DNA of 64,000 nt, from the NCBI GenBank assembly GCA_963715335.1, contig CAVQRZ010000023.1:1-64000 (forward strand), read 5' to 3'. How positions within the stretch are numbered: the stretch's first letter is position 1; every line of letters begins with the position of its first letter. Both the position numbers and the translations under genes were made by a program. The notes under the pieces were generated by a model. That model searched no databases, had not been told where the DNA came from, and saw nothing but the letters and a program-made list of their open reading frames with translations. Shown piece by piece: positions 18,749 through 28,160 of this stretch. This DNA is from an uncultured delta proteobacterium (GTDB taxonomy: Bacteria; Desulfobacterota; Desulfuromonadia; Desulfuromonadales; BM103).

Positions 18749-19678
18749 CTACCAGAACGCAGAGACTCCCACGATATAGGAGTCCGAATCGATGCCGGTC
18801 TTTTCCTGGGTGCGGGTGCCGATATAAGCAAGCTTGAATCCCAGGTGTCGACTGACCGGAAAACCGAAACTCAAGGCCCAGCCGACATTCTGCTTGCGAT
18901 CGTCTTTTTCAACGCCATCGATCGTCGACCGTCCGCCATAATCATATCCTGCACTGACACCGGCCCAGACGCCCGGCCTGAAAGTATGGATCAGGTGACT
19001 GTGAATCACGTAGAGAGGCTCATTTTCGAGCGTCTTGCCATTGAAGAAGTCCGTATTGTCAGTGTAGAGCTCAACCACGCCGGTCATTTCCACAGACCAT
19101 TTGCCACGGGTGTGAAGCACCCCGACCCGGGGCCGGAAGGTAAAACGATTGGTGCCGAGGTTGATCAGCTTGTCATCCATGTAGTCGCCGGTCGGCAGTT
19201 GCACGGACAGTCCGGCTCCGACAATGGTTTCCGTGTCGATCGCTGCCCGGTAAGCAGCGTACTCCTTCCCCTCTAAAGGCGGTGCGCCGTACAGGTTGAC
19301 CGCAAAACCCAGTCTGGTATCGGCCCAGCCGCTGCGACGGACCGTTGTGGGAACGCCGTCCAGGAGGCCGGTCCAGCGCCCCTCCTGGTAGCCCTGCAAC
19401 AGCTCAACCCGGGCCGTTTTATCGAACAGGGAGAAAGTCCGGATATACTTCGCGACCCAGGTGTGCAGATCCACCTGCCCGTCTTCGATCTTGAGAACGG
19501 GGTCAAAACTGATATCCGCATCGGTGTGGGCAAACCCGCCGCCGATAAAATTGGTGTTGATCGGCAGGTGGGTCCATCTCCTCGGCTCCAGTTCTTCCGC
19601 CAAACACGGAGATGAGAAAAGGAGAGGAAAAAGAAATCCAAAGACAAAAAAACAAGCCGACTTAAAATGAAAATTCAA
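18749..19678 (-). CDS. Outer-membrane beta-barrel 'transporter' (MetA-pathway phenol degradation-like family)
   Basis: Signal peptide; LEPRRWTHLP, PTGDY, NLGTNRF; C-terminal aromatic residue. Confidence 0.8.
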   Translation of the reverse strand: MNFHFKSACFFVFGFLFPLLFSSPCLAEELEPRRWTHLPINTNFIGGGFAHTDADISFDPVLKIEDGQVDLHTWVAKYIRTFSLFDKTARVELLQGYQEGRWTGLLDGVPTTVRRSGWADTRLGFAVNLYGAPPLEGKEYAAYRAAIDTETIVGAGLSVQLPTGDYMDDKLINLGTNRFTFRPRVGVLHTRGKWSVEMTGVVELYTDNTDFFNGKTLENEPLYVIHSHLIHTFRPGVWAGVSAGYDYGGRSTIDGVEKDDRKQNVGWALSFGFPVSRHLGFKLAYIGTRTQEKTGIDSDSYIVGVSAFW

Positions 19679-19946
19679 TAGGGTCCCCGGTTAAACCTCA
19701 AATGACAGAAGCGATTATGCCGTTCATAGTATATCTGCAAAAGGATGATTTCAAATAAATTGAAGAAATCAAATCAGTTGGCAGAATAATCATCTGAAAT
19801 TTCACCTGCGAGCGCCCCCCGATTCCGGCTGATCTGAATTTATTGGAAATGGTGCAATATAAAAGGGACCTTCCGCACAGAATGGGCCATTCTTAATCTG
19901 ATCTGCAACGAACAAATATCGCTCTCGAATTAACAATTAGATTAAC

Positions 19947-19975
19947 AAAAAAGCTCTCCATTCTGGAGAGCTTTT
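19947..19975 (-). terminator. Intrinsic terminator after the YcbK-family gene
   Basis: AAAAAAGCTCTCCA-TTC-TGGAGAGCTTTT. Confidence 0.8.
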
Positions 19976-20052
19976 GATATCAGATTTATAACCTGGCCGA
20001 AACAACCGTTGCATACAATTTATTTAGTGTTTCTACAAAATAAGGAGTGTTT

Positions 20053-20649
20053 TTACCAGGACCTCACGTTACCGGAGTCGATATGGACGAAATTCGATTT
20101 CGGGTAGTAGCCAACGCCACCCATGCGCAGTTGCATCGCTGCCTTGCGGAGAGTCTTGAGCGGGACACCGGGAAGGCGCAGGTCTACGGCCATCCCCTTG
20201 ACGTGATAACTTTTCTTGGCAACGCCTCCGGAGGCCTTGCGCAACAAGGCGTTGGTTTTTGGCGAGCGGTAGCCTGAAATGATTTCGAAAGGACGATTTG
20301 CAGCAAGCTTTCGGTTAAGCGCAGTCATCAGGTCGAGGGTGATCGGGTCGATTGTATGCACTTCGTCGGTGCGATGATCGCGCAGAACGTAATTGATGTC
20401 ATTCAGGGCCTCCGGCAAATAGACACCCTTTTCCCAATAGACAACCTGCTTCAAGCTCTCACCGGTATGAGTGTTAAGCAGGCTCAGGGCGCGCTCGGGG
20501 GTATTCAGAAGACTGTAACGCGCCCAGGCCGGCAGAGGGCTTAGACAGACAACGGAAGCCAACAGGCCAACCTTGAGCAGTTGCCTGCGGTTGATAAGTG
20601 CGTCTGTCTTATTTGGTTGGCCTTTAAGCATTGATGTCCGTATTAGCAT
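20053..20649 (-). CDS. YcbK/DUF882 family peptidase M15 (MepK-like), Tat-exported
   Basis: NRRQLLK Tat motif, LRDHRT, IISGYRSP, SYHVKGMAVD, GVGYYPKSNFVHIDSG; start may be 20631. Confidence 0.9.
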   Translation of the reverse strand: MLIRTSMLKGQPNKTDALINRRQLLKVGLLASVVCLSPLPAWARYSLLNTPERALSLLNTHTGESLKQVVYWEKGVYLPEALNDINYVLRDHRTDEVHTIDPITLDLMTALNRKLAANRPFEIISGYRSPKTNALLRKASGGVAKKSYHVKGMAVDLRLPGVPLKTLRKAAMQLRMGGVGYYPKSNFVHIDSGNVRSW

Positions 20650-20688
20650 ACAGGTGTTTTGTGCAGCAGGAGTCTTCGCGTTTTAATC

Positions 20689-20704
20689 AGCAAAAGCCGT
20701 TCCA
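20689..20704 (-). promoter_or_regulatory. Putative sigma54 (-24/-12) promoter for the YcbK-family gene
   Basis: TGGAACGGCTTTTGCT on the minus strand (GG-N10-GC). Confidence 0.65.
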
Positions 20705-20844
20705 ATCCGGGAGGCAATTGCATTTCTTTTGCTCAGAAAATCATCTGAGTGGGATTTATTCAAATGATTTCAGTCTGATAGGAAGGGACCAGGGGGAAAT
20801 AAACCTGTTTTGCAGACAAACTTCCAGCCGCGTAATCCGCTAAT

Positions 20845-20886
20845 AAACGTTGCCGGGTGACACAATTGCGTCACCCGGCAACGTTT
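20845..20886. terminator. Perfect 17-bp inverted repeat, probable terminator after dodecin
   Basis: AAACGTTGCCGGGTGAC-N8-GTCACCCGGCAACGTTT. Confidence 0.75.
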
Positions 20887-20939
20887 TTAACACAGCGATG
20901 TATACGGTTCAACTTATTGTTATCTAATATTGCCCGAGT

Positions 20940-21158
20940 TCACGAGAGTTCAAAAGCAATCTTGAGAACAACCTGGTACTCCGTGACCTTGCCATCGTCA
21001 CCGATATGGCCCCGCACTTCCTGGACCTCGAACCAGGAGAGCTTCTCCAGCGACGACTTGGCCCGGTCGACCGCACTCTGGATTGCTCCTTCAACGCTCT
21101 TTTGCGACGTGCCGATCACCTCTACCTTCTTGTAAACGCGTGACTCACCGTAAGACAT
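20940..21158 (-). CDS. Dodecin (flavin-binding protein)
   Basis: VYKKVEVIGTS, WFEVQEVRG, YQVVLKIAF; GGAGG RBS. Confidence 0.92.
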   Translation of the reverse strand: MSYGESRVYKKVEVIGTSQKSVEGAIQSAVDRAKSSLEKLSWFEVQEVRGHIGDDGKVTEYQVVLKIAFELS

Positions 21159-21292
21159 TGGATACCTCCATATCTCTGGAATGGAATGATGCAACGTGAA
21201 GGAGCAGAACAACCATCACGCACCCTTGGATTCTATCAGAGAGGCTGTAATTTGCCAGAAGAGGTTATGTGATTTGTATCAACAGGCGACGC

Positions 21293-21829
21293 TTACTCGC
21301 CGAAAGAGTTGCGATGAACATGGCCAAAAGGAAGCTCTTCCGATAAATGTCCGGGTTTATTCTCTGCCGGGTAGCCGATACCGATAACGCATTCAACTGC
21401 GTGCGTATCAGGAAGGCCCAAAAGTTCCTTGACGAAGTCTTCCGCAGAAGATGTTGCGTCATGAGGTCGTAAACGGATCTGAACCCAGCAGCTGCCCAGG
21501 CCTAGCTCTTCTGCAGCCAGTTGAATGACCATGGCAGCGATGGAGCAGTCTTCGGTCCAGACATCACTCTTGTCAGCATCTGCTGCCACAACGATCGCCA
21601 AGGGAGCCTTGGATAAAAATGCCGAACCGTGCTGCTTGGCTTCTCCGAGCTTGAGCAGCAGTTCCTGATCGTTGACGACGATGAACTCCCAGGGATTGCG
21701 CCCGCGTGATGTCGGTGTGCGTACGGCAGCTTCGATCAGGGTCTCAATCTTGTCCCGCTCAACGACCCGGGGTTGAAATTGACGAATGCTTCGGCGCTTG
21801 CGCAACAGGTCCAGAACTGCAGAATGCAT
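21293..21829 (-). CDS. Nitroreductase family protein
   Basis: RRSIRQF, PWEFIVV, LGLGSCW, IGIGYP. Confidence 0.9.
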   Translation of the reverse strand: MHSAVLDLLRKRRSIRQFQPRVVERDKIETLIEAAVRTPTSRGRNPWEFIVVNDQELLLKLGEAKQHGSAFLSKAPLAIVVAADADKSDVWTEDCSIAAMVIQLAAEELGLGSCWVQIRLRPHDATSSAEDFVKELLGLPDTHAVECVIGIGYPAENKPGHLSEELPFGHVHRNSFGE

Positions 21830-21831
21830 GG

Positions 21832-22524
21832 TCAGTGAGCCTCCAGATAAGTACGAATGGCTTCGGCCGAACCAGTGTCAATCGACTGGATTGCGACGCC
21901 AAAACCTTGCGGCAAGGTCATGTTTTGCCGCGGGAAACCCTGGTTGATCCAGGTAATACGCCCCGAGATTTCAATCTTTTTGGCGCTGGCTGTCGGCAAC
22001 AGGAAGTTTGCCGTGATACGACTGTTCGGCGGTATTTCATCGCGAAACTCGACATAAAAGCCATGCCGGCTGATATCGACTCCCCTGCCCCGGTATTCTT
22101 CTCCATTGATCGAAAAATTGACCGTCATCTGGCAGGGGACACGGCGTTCACGACGTTCAATATTGAACAGATGGCTGTGCCCCAAATTAAGGAAATCCTC
22201 ACGACCGAAAGGTTTTGCCAGGTAACCGTCACAGCCCGAAGCCGCTACCTCTGCGACCGTGGCATCACGATCAGGGGTAAAGACCAGGAGAACAGGGATA
22301 TTTTTCAGGGTCGGGTACGCCTTGATATGCCGACAGGCTTCAATACCACTCATCTCCGGCATCGCCACATCCATATAAATGAGGTCCGGCAACTCACGCA
22401 TGGCTATGTCAATTGCTGCCTGGCCGCTCTCAGCCAAAAGGATGGTTGCCGGCGTGCGCTTGAAATAATCGCGCATGACTTCGCGGAAAAAAACGACATC
22501 ATCAACCAGAAGAATTTTCAGCAT
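21832..22524 (-). CDS. Response regulator with a PilZ output domain
   Basis: REC (VDD, DLIYMD, KP) plus RRERR (RxxxR) and DISRHG (DxSxxG). Confidence 0.88.
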   Translation of the reverse strand: MLKILLVDDVVFFREVMRDYFKRTPATILLAESGQAAIDIAMRELPDLIYMDVAMPEMSGIEACRHIKAYPTLKNIPVLLVFTPDRDATVAEVAASGCDGYLAKPFGREDFLNLGHSHLFNIERRERRVPCQMTVNFSINGEEYRGRGVDISRHGFYVEFRDEIPPNSRITANFLLPTASAKKIEISGRITWINQGFPRQNMTLPQGFGVAIQSIDTGSAEAIRTYLEAH

Positions 22525-22796
22525 CAGTTCGTCTCGTCGAGGAGCTTGTGCAGTTTGTTGATTTTTTTCTCGACGGCAGCATTAAAGTCCTCTTCACCGA
22601 GCATGTAAATAAGCTGACCTACCATCAGGTACACATCGGCAAGTTCATCCACGACGACTCGACGCTCAACTTTTCCCCGGGCAAAATGCTGTATCGTGGC
22701 AATCAGTTCGGCGCATTCCTCGACAGCCTGTTCGTACTGGGCTTTTTCACCCCATTTAGCGATCGTTTTGACGTAAACATCACGGTGCCGCATCAT
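22524..22796 (-). CDS. Small MazG-like all-alpha NTP pyrophosphohydrolase
   Basis: KWGEKAQ, EECAELI, DELADV; stop codon overlaps the next start (TGATG). Confidence 0.75.
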   Translation of the reverse strand: MMRHRDVYVKTIAKWGEKAQYEQAVEECAELIATIQHFARGKVERRVVVDELADVYLMVGQLIYMLGEEDFNAAVEKKINKLHKLLDETN

Positions 22797-23030
22797 AGAC
22801 GGTACAATCCTCCCCGGGGTTTATCCGTTACAATGGACAATACTGCAAATTTTGCAGTGTCTAAGCGACATTAATCGCTCACTGTCGAGACGAAGGTTAA
22901 CAGGAAACAGCAGAGAAATGAAAGACTAAATGGATTCCCTCAAGAGATCCGGAGAGCGTTGGGAAGGAAAGGTCCCCAAAGGCTGTTGCAGGTATTGACT
23001 AATCAGGCCTGTCGGCTTGAAACCTGCTGT

Positions 23031-23177
23031 TTATTCGTCGTTTTCCTGCACGGCGACGCAGGGCTCCATGGTCTCAAGGCATACCCCCTTGACCAGGTCA
23101 TAAGAGAGGCAGAGGCCTTCAATGACTTCCTTGTTAGCGTGATCGCATTTGGATTCGTCGATCGTTTTCGTGTTCAT
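23031..23177 (-). CDS. Small acidic four-Cys protein (48 aa)
   Basis: AAGGAGA RBS; MNTKTIDESKCDHANKEVIEGLCLSYDLVKGVCLETMEPCVAVQENDE*. Confidence 0.62.
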   Translation of the reverse strand: MNTKTIDESKCDHANKEVIEGLCLSYDLVKGVCLETMEPCVAVQENDE

Positions 23178-23235
23178 GTTGATCTCCTTTTCGGACCGGT
23201 TGTACCTGCCAGGAGCAACTTCTACATAGCTAACG

Positions 23236-23251
23236 AGCAAATGCCATGCCA
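23236..23251 (-). promoter_or_regulatory. Putative sigma54 promoter for the 48-aa ORF
   Basis: TGGCATGGCATTTGCT, close to TGGCAC-N5-TTGCW. Confidence 0.7.
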
Positions 23252-23323
23252 TTTCCCTGATCTGTAGAGCCGGCCGCTGCAGCGGATGAACCTTGCGGCT
23301 ACAGACGACTGCTGGCGGCGGAC

Positions 23324-23354
23324 AAAAAAACCCGCACCTGTCGGGTGCGGGTTT
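23324..23354 (-). terminator. Intrinsic terminator after the GSU3473-family gene
   Basis: AAAAAAACCCGCACC-TGTCG-GGTGCGGGTTT. Confidence 0.8.
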
Positions 23355-23389
23355 GTAAATCGAACCGGGAGAAAAACTTCAGGGACTGG

Positions 23390-23626
23390 TCAACGGGCTA
23401 AAAGCCTGCGTTCCGGACCGTGATAACTGCGATCTTCGCGTTTGCCGGCCCTTATCGAGTCAACCCCTACGGTTGCCCAACCGTCGGCTCTCTTGAACTT
23501 ATGGACGCGATGACTTTCCAGCAGGATATCGAGGACTCTCGGAGTAAAGTGGTGGTAGGAGCCATCCTTCAAAATGACATCAATGTAGAAGTGCTCCATT
23601 TTGGTTGGAAATACCGGCCCCGACAT
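23390..23626 (-). CDS. GSU3473-family small protein
   Basis: IDVILKDG...LDILLESHRVHKFKRADGWATVGVDSIR...YHGPERR pattern; start tentative. Confidence 0.7.
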   Translation of the reverse strand: MSGPVFPTKMEHFYIDVILKDGSYHHFTPRVLDILLESHRVHKFKRADGWATVGVDSIRAGKREDRSYHGPERRLLAR

Positions 23627-23750
23627 GAGTCTCTCCACTAAACTTGAAAATTACAGCATTCTTAACTTTCTTGGCCTTAAAATCAAGACAAAACTTTTTT
23701 TCAGCGTCTACCAGAGCCTCTTGGATTTTCTCCTTGTCGCGTACAAACAT

Positions 23751-24257
23751 TCAGAAGAATCTCGCGCTGGTTAGCACTGCCGATGCCGCCAAGCCAGCCA
23801 GCAATACCCACAGTCCGTTGCGAATCCAGAAATATTTCCGGGTCAGCCGATATTTGCCAAGATAGTAGATTTCCCTCAAATAGGCATCATACAACTTGTC
23901 CTTGTCGGCGATCGTTTCCTTGAAGGCAGACTTGAATTCTTCTTCACTGATCTGGGCGTAGGAACGGAAATAAAAGAGGTTCAGCACGCCCTTGACATGC
24001 AGCGCCGGGATAATCGCAAAGATCGAAAACAGGATTGCCAGACCACCGGTCAGCATCAGCACCACGAAAACCGTGAAATCGAGTTTGTCGTACTGAGTCA
24101 GGGAGATGGTCAGCATCAGCGATGATGCCGTCATGATCATGGAGGCCTTTTGATCAGCCATCTGGTTCAACGTCATGTGCTTGGTCAGGTTGGCACGCAG
24201 AGCGTTGCTTGCCAGAAGCCGGGGCAGGACCGGTTCTTCGCTGTTGTACTCGTCCAT
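23751..24257 (-). CDS. DUF5706 / Pycsar effector (PycTM)-like membrane protein
   Basis: HMTLNQMADQKASMIM, two TM segments, LFYF, YLREIYYLG...RKY, C-terminal TM; AGGAGA RBS. Confidence 0.78.
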   Translation of the reverse strand: MDEYNSEEPVLPRLLASNALRANLTKHMTLNQMADQKASMIMTASSLMLTISLTQYDKLDFTVFVVLMLTGGLAILFSIFAIIPALHVKGVLNLFYFRSYAQISEEEFKSAFKETIADKDKLYDAYLREIYYLGKYRLTRKYFWIRNGLWVLLAGLAASAVLTSARFF

Positions 24258-24366
24258 GGTTCTCTCCTGTTAACCGTCGCTTGATGAAGCAGGGTCTCCT
24301 GATCCCATCTCCTAATCATTTATACCAAGTAAAATGGGCTACGCTGAATGCGTAACCCATTAAATC

Positions 24367-24443
24367 TGGCGGCCCCGGCGCGATTCGAACGCACGACCTA
24401 CCGCTTAGGAGGCGGTTGCTCTATCCTGCTGAGCTACGGGGCC
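24367..24443 (-). tRNA. tRNA-Arg(CCT)
   Basis: GGCCCCGTAGCTCAGCAGGATAGAGCA-ACCGC-CTCCTAA-GCGGT-AGGTCGTGCGTTCGAATCGCGCCGGGGCCGCCA. Confidence 0.96.
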
Positions 24444-24458
24444 GTAATCTAAAAGCGC

Positions 24459-24974
24459 TCAGAAGTTGAGCAGGCTGAAAACTTTGCCTTCCGGCAGCTT
24501 CTTGCGCCCCTCAAGAAAATCAAGCTCAGCCATGAACGCACATTCAACAACCTCGGCACCTAGCCCTTCAACCAGCTTGACGACCGCTGAAACCGTACCA
24601 CCGGTGGCCAGCAGATCATCAGCGATGATAACCCTGTCTCCCTTGCTGAAGGCATCTTCGTGAATCTCGAGGGTATCGGTGCCATATTCGAGATCGTAAG
24701 TGACCTGCCGCACCTTGGATGGCAGCTTTCCCGGCTTGCGAACCAGGGTCACGCCGATACCGAGTTTGTATGCCAGGGCCGAACCGAGGACAAAGCCGCG
24801 CGCCTCGACACCGACGATCTTGTCGATCTTCTTCCCCACGTAGCGATGGGCGATCAGGTCGATCATACGATGAAAACTGCGCCCGTCAGAGAGCAGTGTA
24901 GTGATGTCTTTGAATATAATCCCTTTTTTCGGGAAATCCGGGATATCACGAATAATGCTTTTCAATTCTTCCAT
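24459..24974 (-). CDS. apt: Adenine phosphoribosyltransferase
   Basis: [38 protein letters not shown]. Confidence 0.96.
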   Translation of the reverse strand: MEELKSIIRDIPDFPKKGIIFKDITTLLSDGRSFHRMIDLIAHRYVGKKIDKIVGVEARGFVLGSALAYKLGIGVTLVRKPGKLPSKVRQVTYDLEYGTDTLEIHEDAFSKGDRVIIADDLLATGGTVSAVVKLVEGLGAEVVECAFMAELDFLEGRKKLPEGKVFSLLNF

Positions 24975-25002
24975 GCTTTGTGCTCCGATGATGGGATTTA
25001 CA

Positions 25003-25983
25003 TCAATCTTCTTCCAGAGAGACGTCACGCTCTGACAGCAATAGACGTAATTTGTCCAGGCTCTTGGCTTCGATCTGCCTGATCCGCTCCCGGGTCACCC
25101 CGAACTGGCGGCCGATCGTATCAAGGGTTTGCGGTTCGCGGTCATTGAGACCGAAACGCAAGGCAATAATTTCTTTCTCATTGTCGTTGAGAGTCGCCAG
25201 CAAATCGGCAATGATGCGAAACTTTTCCAGCCATTCGGCGAGATCAAGCGGATTGACCTGGCTGGTATCTTCGATCGTATCGATCAGGCTGTAATCGTTG
25301 TTTTCACCCATCGGGTGCTCAATCGAATAGGTCTTTTTCAACAGCACCATCAATCGGCGCACATAAGCAGGTTCAACACCCATGACATCGGCAACTTCCT
25401 TAACCTGCGGCTCGCGGTTGAGGTCACGTACCAGTTCACGAGTAATTTTGATCAGCTTGTTGATGTCATCCGAGACGTGGACCGGCAACCGGATGGTCCG
25501 GCTCTGGTTAACCAGGGCGCGCTCAATCGACTGACGGATCCACCACGTCGCATAGGTTGAAAAGCGGCACTCTTTACTGAGCTTGAATCGTTCAACCGCC
25601 TTGATAAGACCAAGGTTACCCTCTTCTATCAGATCGAGAAAAGGCAGCCCGCGATTCATGTAACGTTTGGCAATCTTGACAACCAGTCGCAGATTCGACT
25701 CGATCATCTTGTCGCGTGCAGCCATGTCGCCGTCATCAATACGCCTGGCCAGGGCCCTCTCTTCTTCCGCTGTCAACAGACTGGTCTTCTGGATATCCTT
25801 GAGATAGAGCTTGATGGCATCCATCGCAAAGTCTTCATAATCCTCGGCGGTTTCCTGTTCTTCCTCTTCACGCTCAACCTGGGCCAGGGACTCTTCATCA
25901 GGCTCTTCTTCCCCTGTGACTTTTGAGGGTTTCGACAGGTCCTCGAGGTCGACATTTTCGCTGTCCTGCAATGCATCGCTCAT
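25003..25983 (-). CDS. rpoS: RNA polymerase sigma factor RpoS-like
   Basis: [33 protein letters not shown]; surE-pcm-nlpD-rpoS synteny. Confidence 0.9.
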   Translation of the reverse strand: MSDALQDSENVDLEDLSKPSKVTGEEEPDEESLAQVEREEEEQETAEDYEDFAMDAIKLYLKDIQKTSLLTAEEERALARRIDDGDMAARDKMIESNLRLVVKIAKRYMNRGLPFLDLIEEGNLGLIKAVERFKLSKECRFSTYATWWIRQSIERALVNQSRTIRLPVHVSDDINKLIKITRELVRDLNREPQVKEVADVMGVEPAYVRRLMVLLKKTYSIEHPMGENNDYSLIDTIEDTSQVNPLDLAEWLEKFRIIADLLATLNDNEKEIIALRFGLNDREPQTLDTIGRQFGVTRERIRQIEAKSLDKLRLLLSERDVSLEED

Positions 25984-26065
25984 GACAATGACCCTTCTGT
26001 TCCTTTGCTGCAGACTGTTTCAGTCCGGTCTCATTACGGATATGGAGTCTAAGTGACCACCACGA

Positions 26066-26812
26066 CTAAGGCAAGTACAAAATCGGGTCGACCGCTGCCT
26101 TGCCTTTGCGAATTTCGAAATGAAGTCGGGCACTTTGTCCGTTCGACGGAACCCCACTCAAAGCAATCTGATCCCCTTGCCCGACAAAATCATCCATCTT
26201 CACAAGGTTCTTCTGGTTGTAGCCATAGACAGTGAAAAAACTGTCAGAATGTTCGACGATAACCAGGTTGCCATAACCGGGAATCGCGTTGCCACTGTAG
26301 ATGACCCTGCCCGGGGCCGCGGCGCTCACTCTGGTGCCTTCAGGTACGCCTATCTCTATACCCTTGTATACCTTTTGCCCCTCGGTGCCGAATTTATGAA
26401 TGACCTTTCCCTTAACCGGCCAGGCAAAAAGGCCCTTGACAGGTTTGGCAGACTCTGCCGATTTTGCAACAGGGGATTTTCCGCCCGCAGGTTTCTGGGT
26501 AACTTTATCCGGCGTTTTTTGGGCCGTCGGGTTGGATGATGTCATCTGTGCGGGAGGACTGACGGGCGAAGGTCTCGCAACCGTCGCTGGCACATTGCGC
26601 AGTTGCGTCACCCCTGGGATAAAGAGTTTCTGGTTGACCTTTAAGTGAGTCGGGTCTTTGATATTGTTAATGTCAGCCAGTCGATCTTCGTCAATATCAT
26701 AGGTCATGGCAATGCGGTACAGGGTCTGACCAGGTTTCACCGTGTGGTAAATCCCCGTCGGAGCACAGGAGAGCACCAGGCAGAGCAACAGCAGCGGCAG
26801 GCATAATTTCAT
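26066..26812 (-). CDS. nlpD: LysM/M23 lipoprotein NlpD-like
   Basis: Lipobox VLSC, LysM HTVKPGQTLYRIA, M23 GYGNLVIVEH and LHFEIR. Confidence 0.88.
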   Translation of the reverse strand: MKLCLPLLLLCLVLSCAPTGIYHTVKPGQTLYRIAMTYDIDEDRLADINNIKDPTHLKVNQKLFIPGVTQLRNVPATVARPSPVSPPAQMTSSNPTAQKTPDKVTQKPAGGKSPVAKSAESAKPVKGLFAWPVKGKVIHKFGTEGQKVYKGIEIGVPEGTRVSAAAPGRVIYSGNAIPGYGNLVIVEHSDSFFTVYGYNQKNLVKMDDFVGQGDQIALSGVPSNGQSARLHFEIRKGKAAVDPILYLP

Positions 26813-26906
26813 TATGGTACACATCATCAGAATACCAAATTCGACTGGATAGATCCTCGAGCCACGCACCACGAGCCTCGGACTCTGCTACGGCCAGTGT
26901 CCTACA

Positions 26907-27500
26907 TCAAAAAACATATTTCAATAGCAGGAAGCCTCCGACCAGCAATAGCAGAAAAATAATGCTGAGCAGATTGAAGTAACGCTCGATGAATTCACGC
27001 ATTCCCGTCCCGTAACGACGCAGCAGCCAGGCAACCAGAAAAAATCGCAGGCTGCGGCTGACCAGAGACGCTATGATAAAAACCAGCAGATTGATCTCGA
27101 AAACGCCCGAGCCGATAGTGATGACCTTGTACGGAATCGGGGTAAATCCTGCGGTGAAAACTACCCAGAAGTCGTATTCGGCGAACAGTCCCTGCACCCG
27201 CTCGAAGATAGCCGGTGTAAAGCCGGGGATGTAATCAAAGAAATAGGTACTGACAACCGGCCAGGCTCCCCAGCCGATGCCGTAACCAATCAGCCCCCCC
27301 AGCACAGAACCGACCGATGCCAACAGGGCAAAACGCCAGGCCCGCGAGGGCAAAGCCACACAGAGGGCGATCAGGAGAACATCCGGGGGCACTGGAAAAA
27401 TCGATGATTCTACGAGCGCCAGCAAAAAAAGGGCCGGGCCACCATAGGGGGTCTCGGCCCAACCCAGAACCCAATCGTAGAGTTTCCTCACCAGTCGCAT
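26907..27500 (-). CDS. YqaA/DedA family membrane protein
   Basis: ESSIFPVPPD, AGFTPIPYKV. Confidence 0.9.
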   Translation of the reverse strand: MRLVRKLYDWVLGWAETPYGGPALFLLALVESSIFPVPPDVLLIALCVALPSRAWRFALLASVGSVLGGLIGYGIGWGAWPVVSTYFFDYIPGFTPAIFERVQGLFAEYDFWVVFTAGFTPIPYKVITIGSGVFEINLLVFIIASLVSRSLRFFLVAWLLRRYGTGMREFIERYFNLLSIIFLLLLVGGFLLLKYVF

Positions 27501-27503
27501 GAA

Positions 27504-28160
27504 TCAGGGTCTCTCTTCACGCCAGCCGTGGTTACCGACCAGCGGCACGAACCGACAACCGAGAAGCTGCTCTTCCTTGAATTCGGTTTCGGCCACGCGG
27601 GTGATTCGCATCAGCACCTGGTTGGTTCGATCCCCGACCGGTATAACCAGGCGGCCGCCAACGGCCAGCTGGTCAAGATAACCCTGGGGCACATTCGGGG
27701 CCCCGGCCGTGACGATAATAGCGTCAAAAGGAGCCATCTCCTGCCAGCCGAGAGTGCCATCCGCCAAACGGATATTGACTTTGCTATAGCCACAGCTATC
27801 AAGGACTTTCCTGGCGCGGCGGGCCAAGGCCGGGATGCGCTCCAGGGAGAAGACCCGATCTGCCAACAAGGCGAGGACAGCAGCCTGGTAGCCTGACCCT
27901 GTGCCGACCTCAAGGACTTTATCTGTGCCATCAAGCGCCAGGGCCTCACTCATTACCGCGACCATGTAGGGCTGGGAAATCGTCTGTCTTTCACCAATCG
28001 GCAGCGGCGCGTCCTGGTAAGCCTGGCTCTCCATGGCTTCTTCAACAAATTTATGCCGCGGCACCTGCAACATGGCAGCGGTGACTCTGGGGTCCTTGAC
28101 ACCACGCGCTATAACCTGCTCCTCAACCATGCGCCGACGGGCGATAGAATAGTTTTTCAT
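27504..28160 (-). CDS. pcm: Protein-L-isoaspartate O-methyltransferase
   Basis: [32 protein letters not shown]. Confidence 0.96.
   Translation of the reverse strand: MKNYSIARRRMVEEQVIARGVKDPRVTAAMLQVPRHKFVEEAMESQAYQDAPLPIGERQTISQPYMVAVMSEALALDGTDKVLEVGTGSGYQAAVLALLADRVFSLERIPALARRARKVLDSCGYSKVNIRLADGTLGWQEMAPFDAIIVTAGAPNVPQGYLDQLAVGGRLVIPVGDRTNQVLMRITRVAETEFKEEQLLGCRFVPLVGNHGWREERP

Noticed and set aside
21706..22608. 300-aa plus-strand ORF
   Set aside because: Antisense shadow of the REC-PilZ gene with no recognisable motifs; the same applies to 35551-36489, 34462-35304 and 59861-60730.
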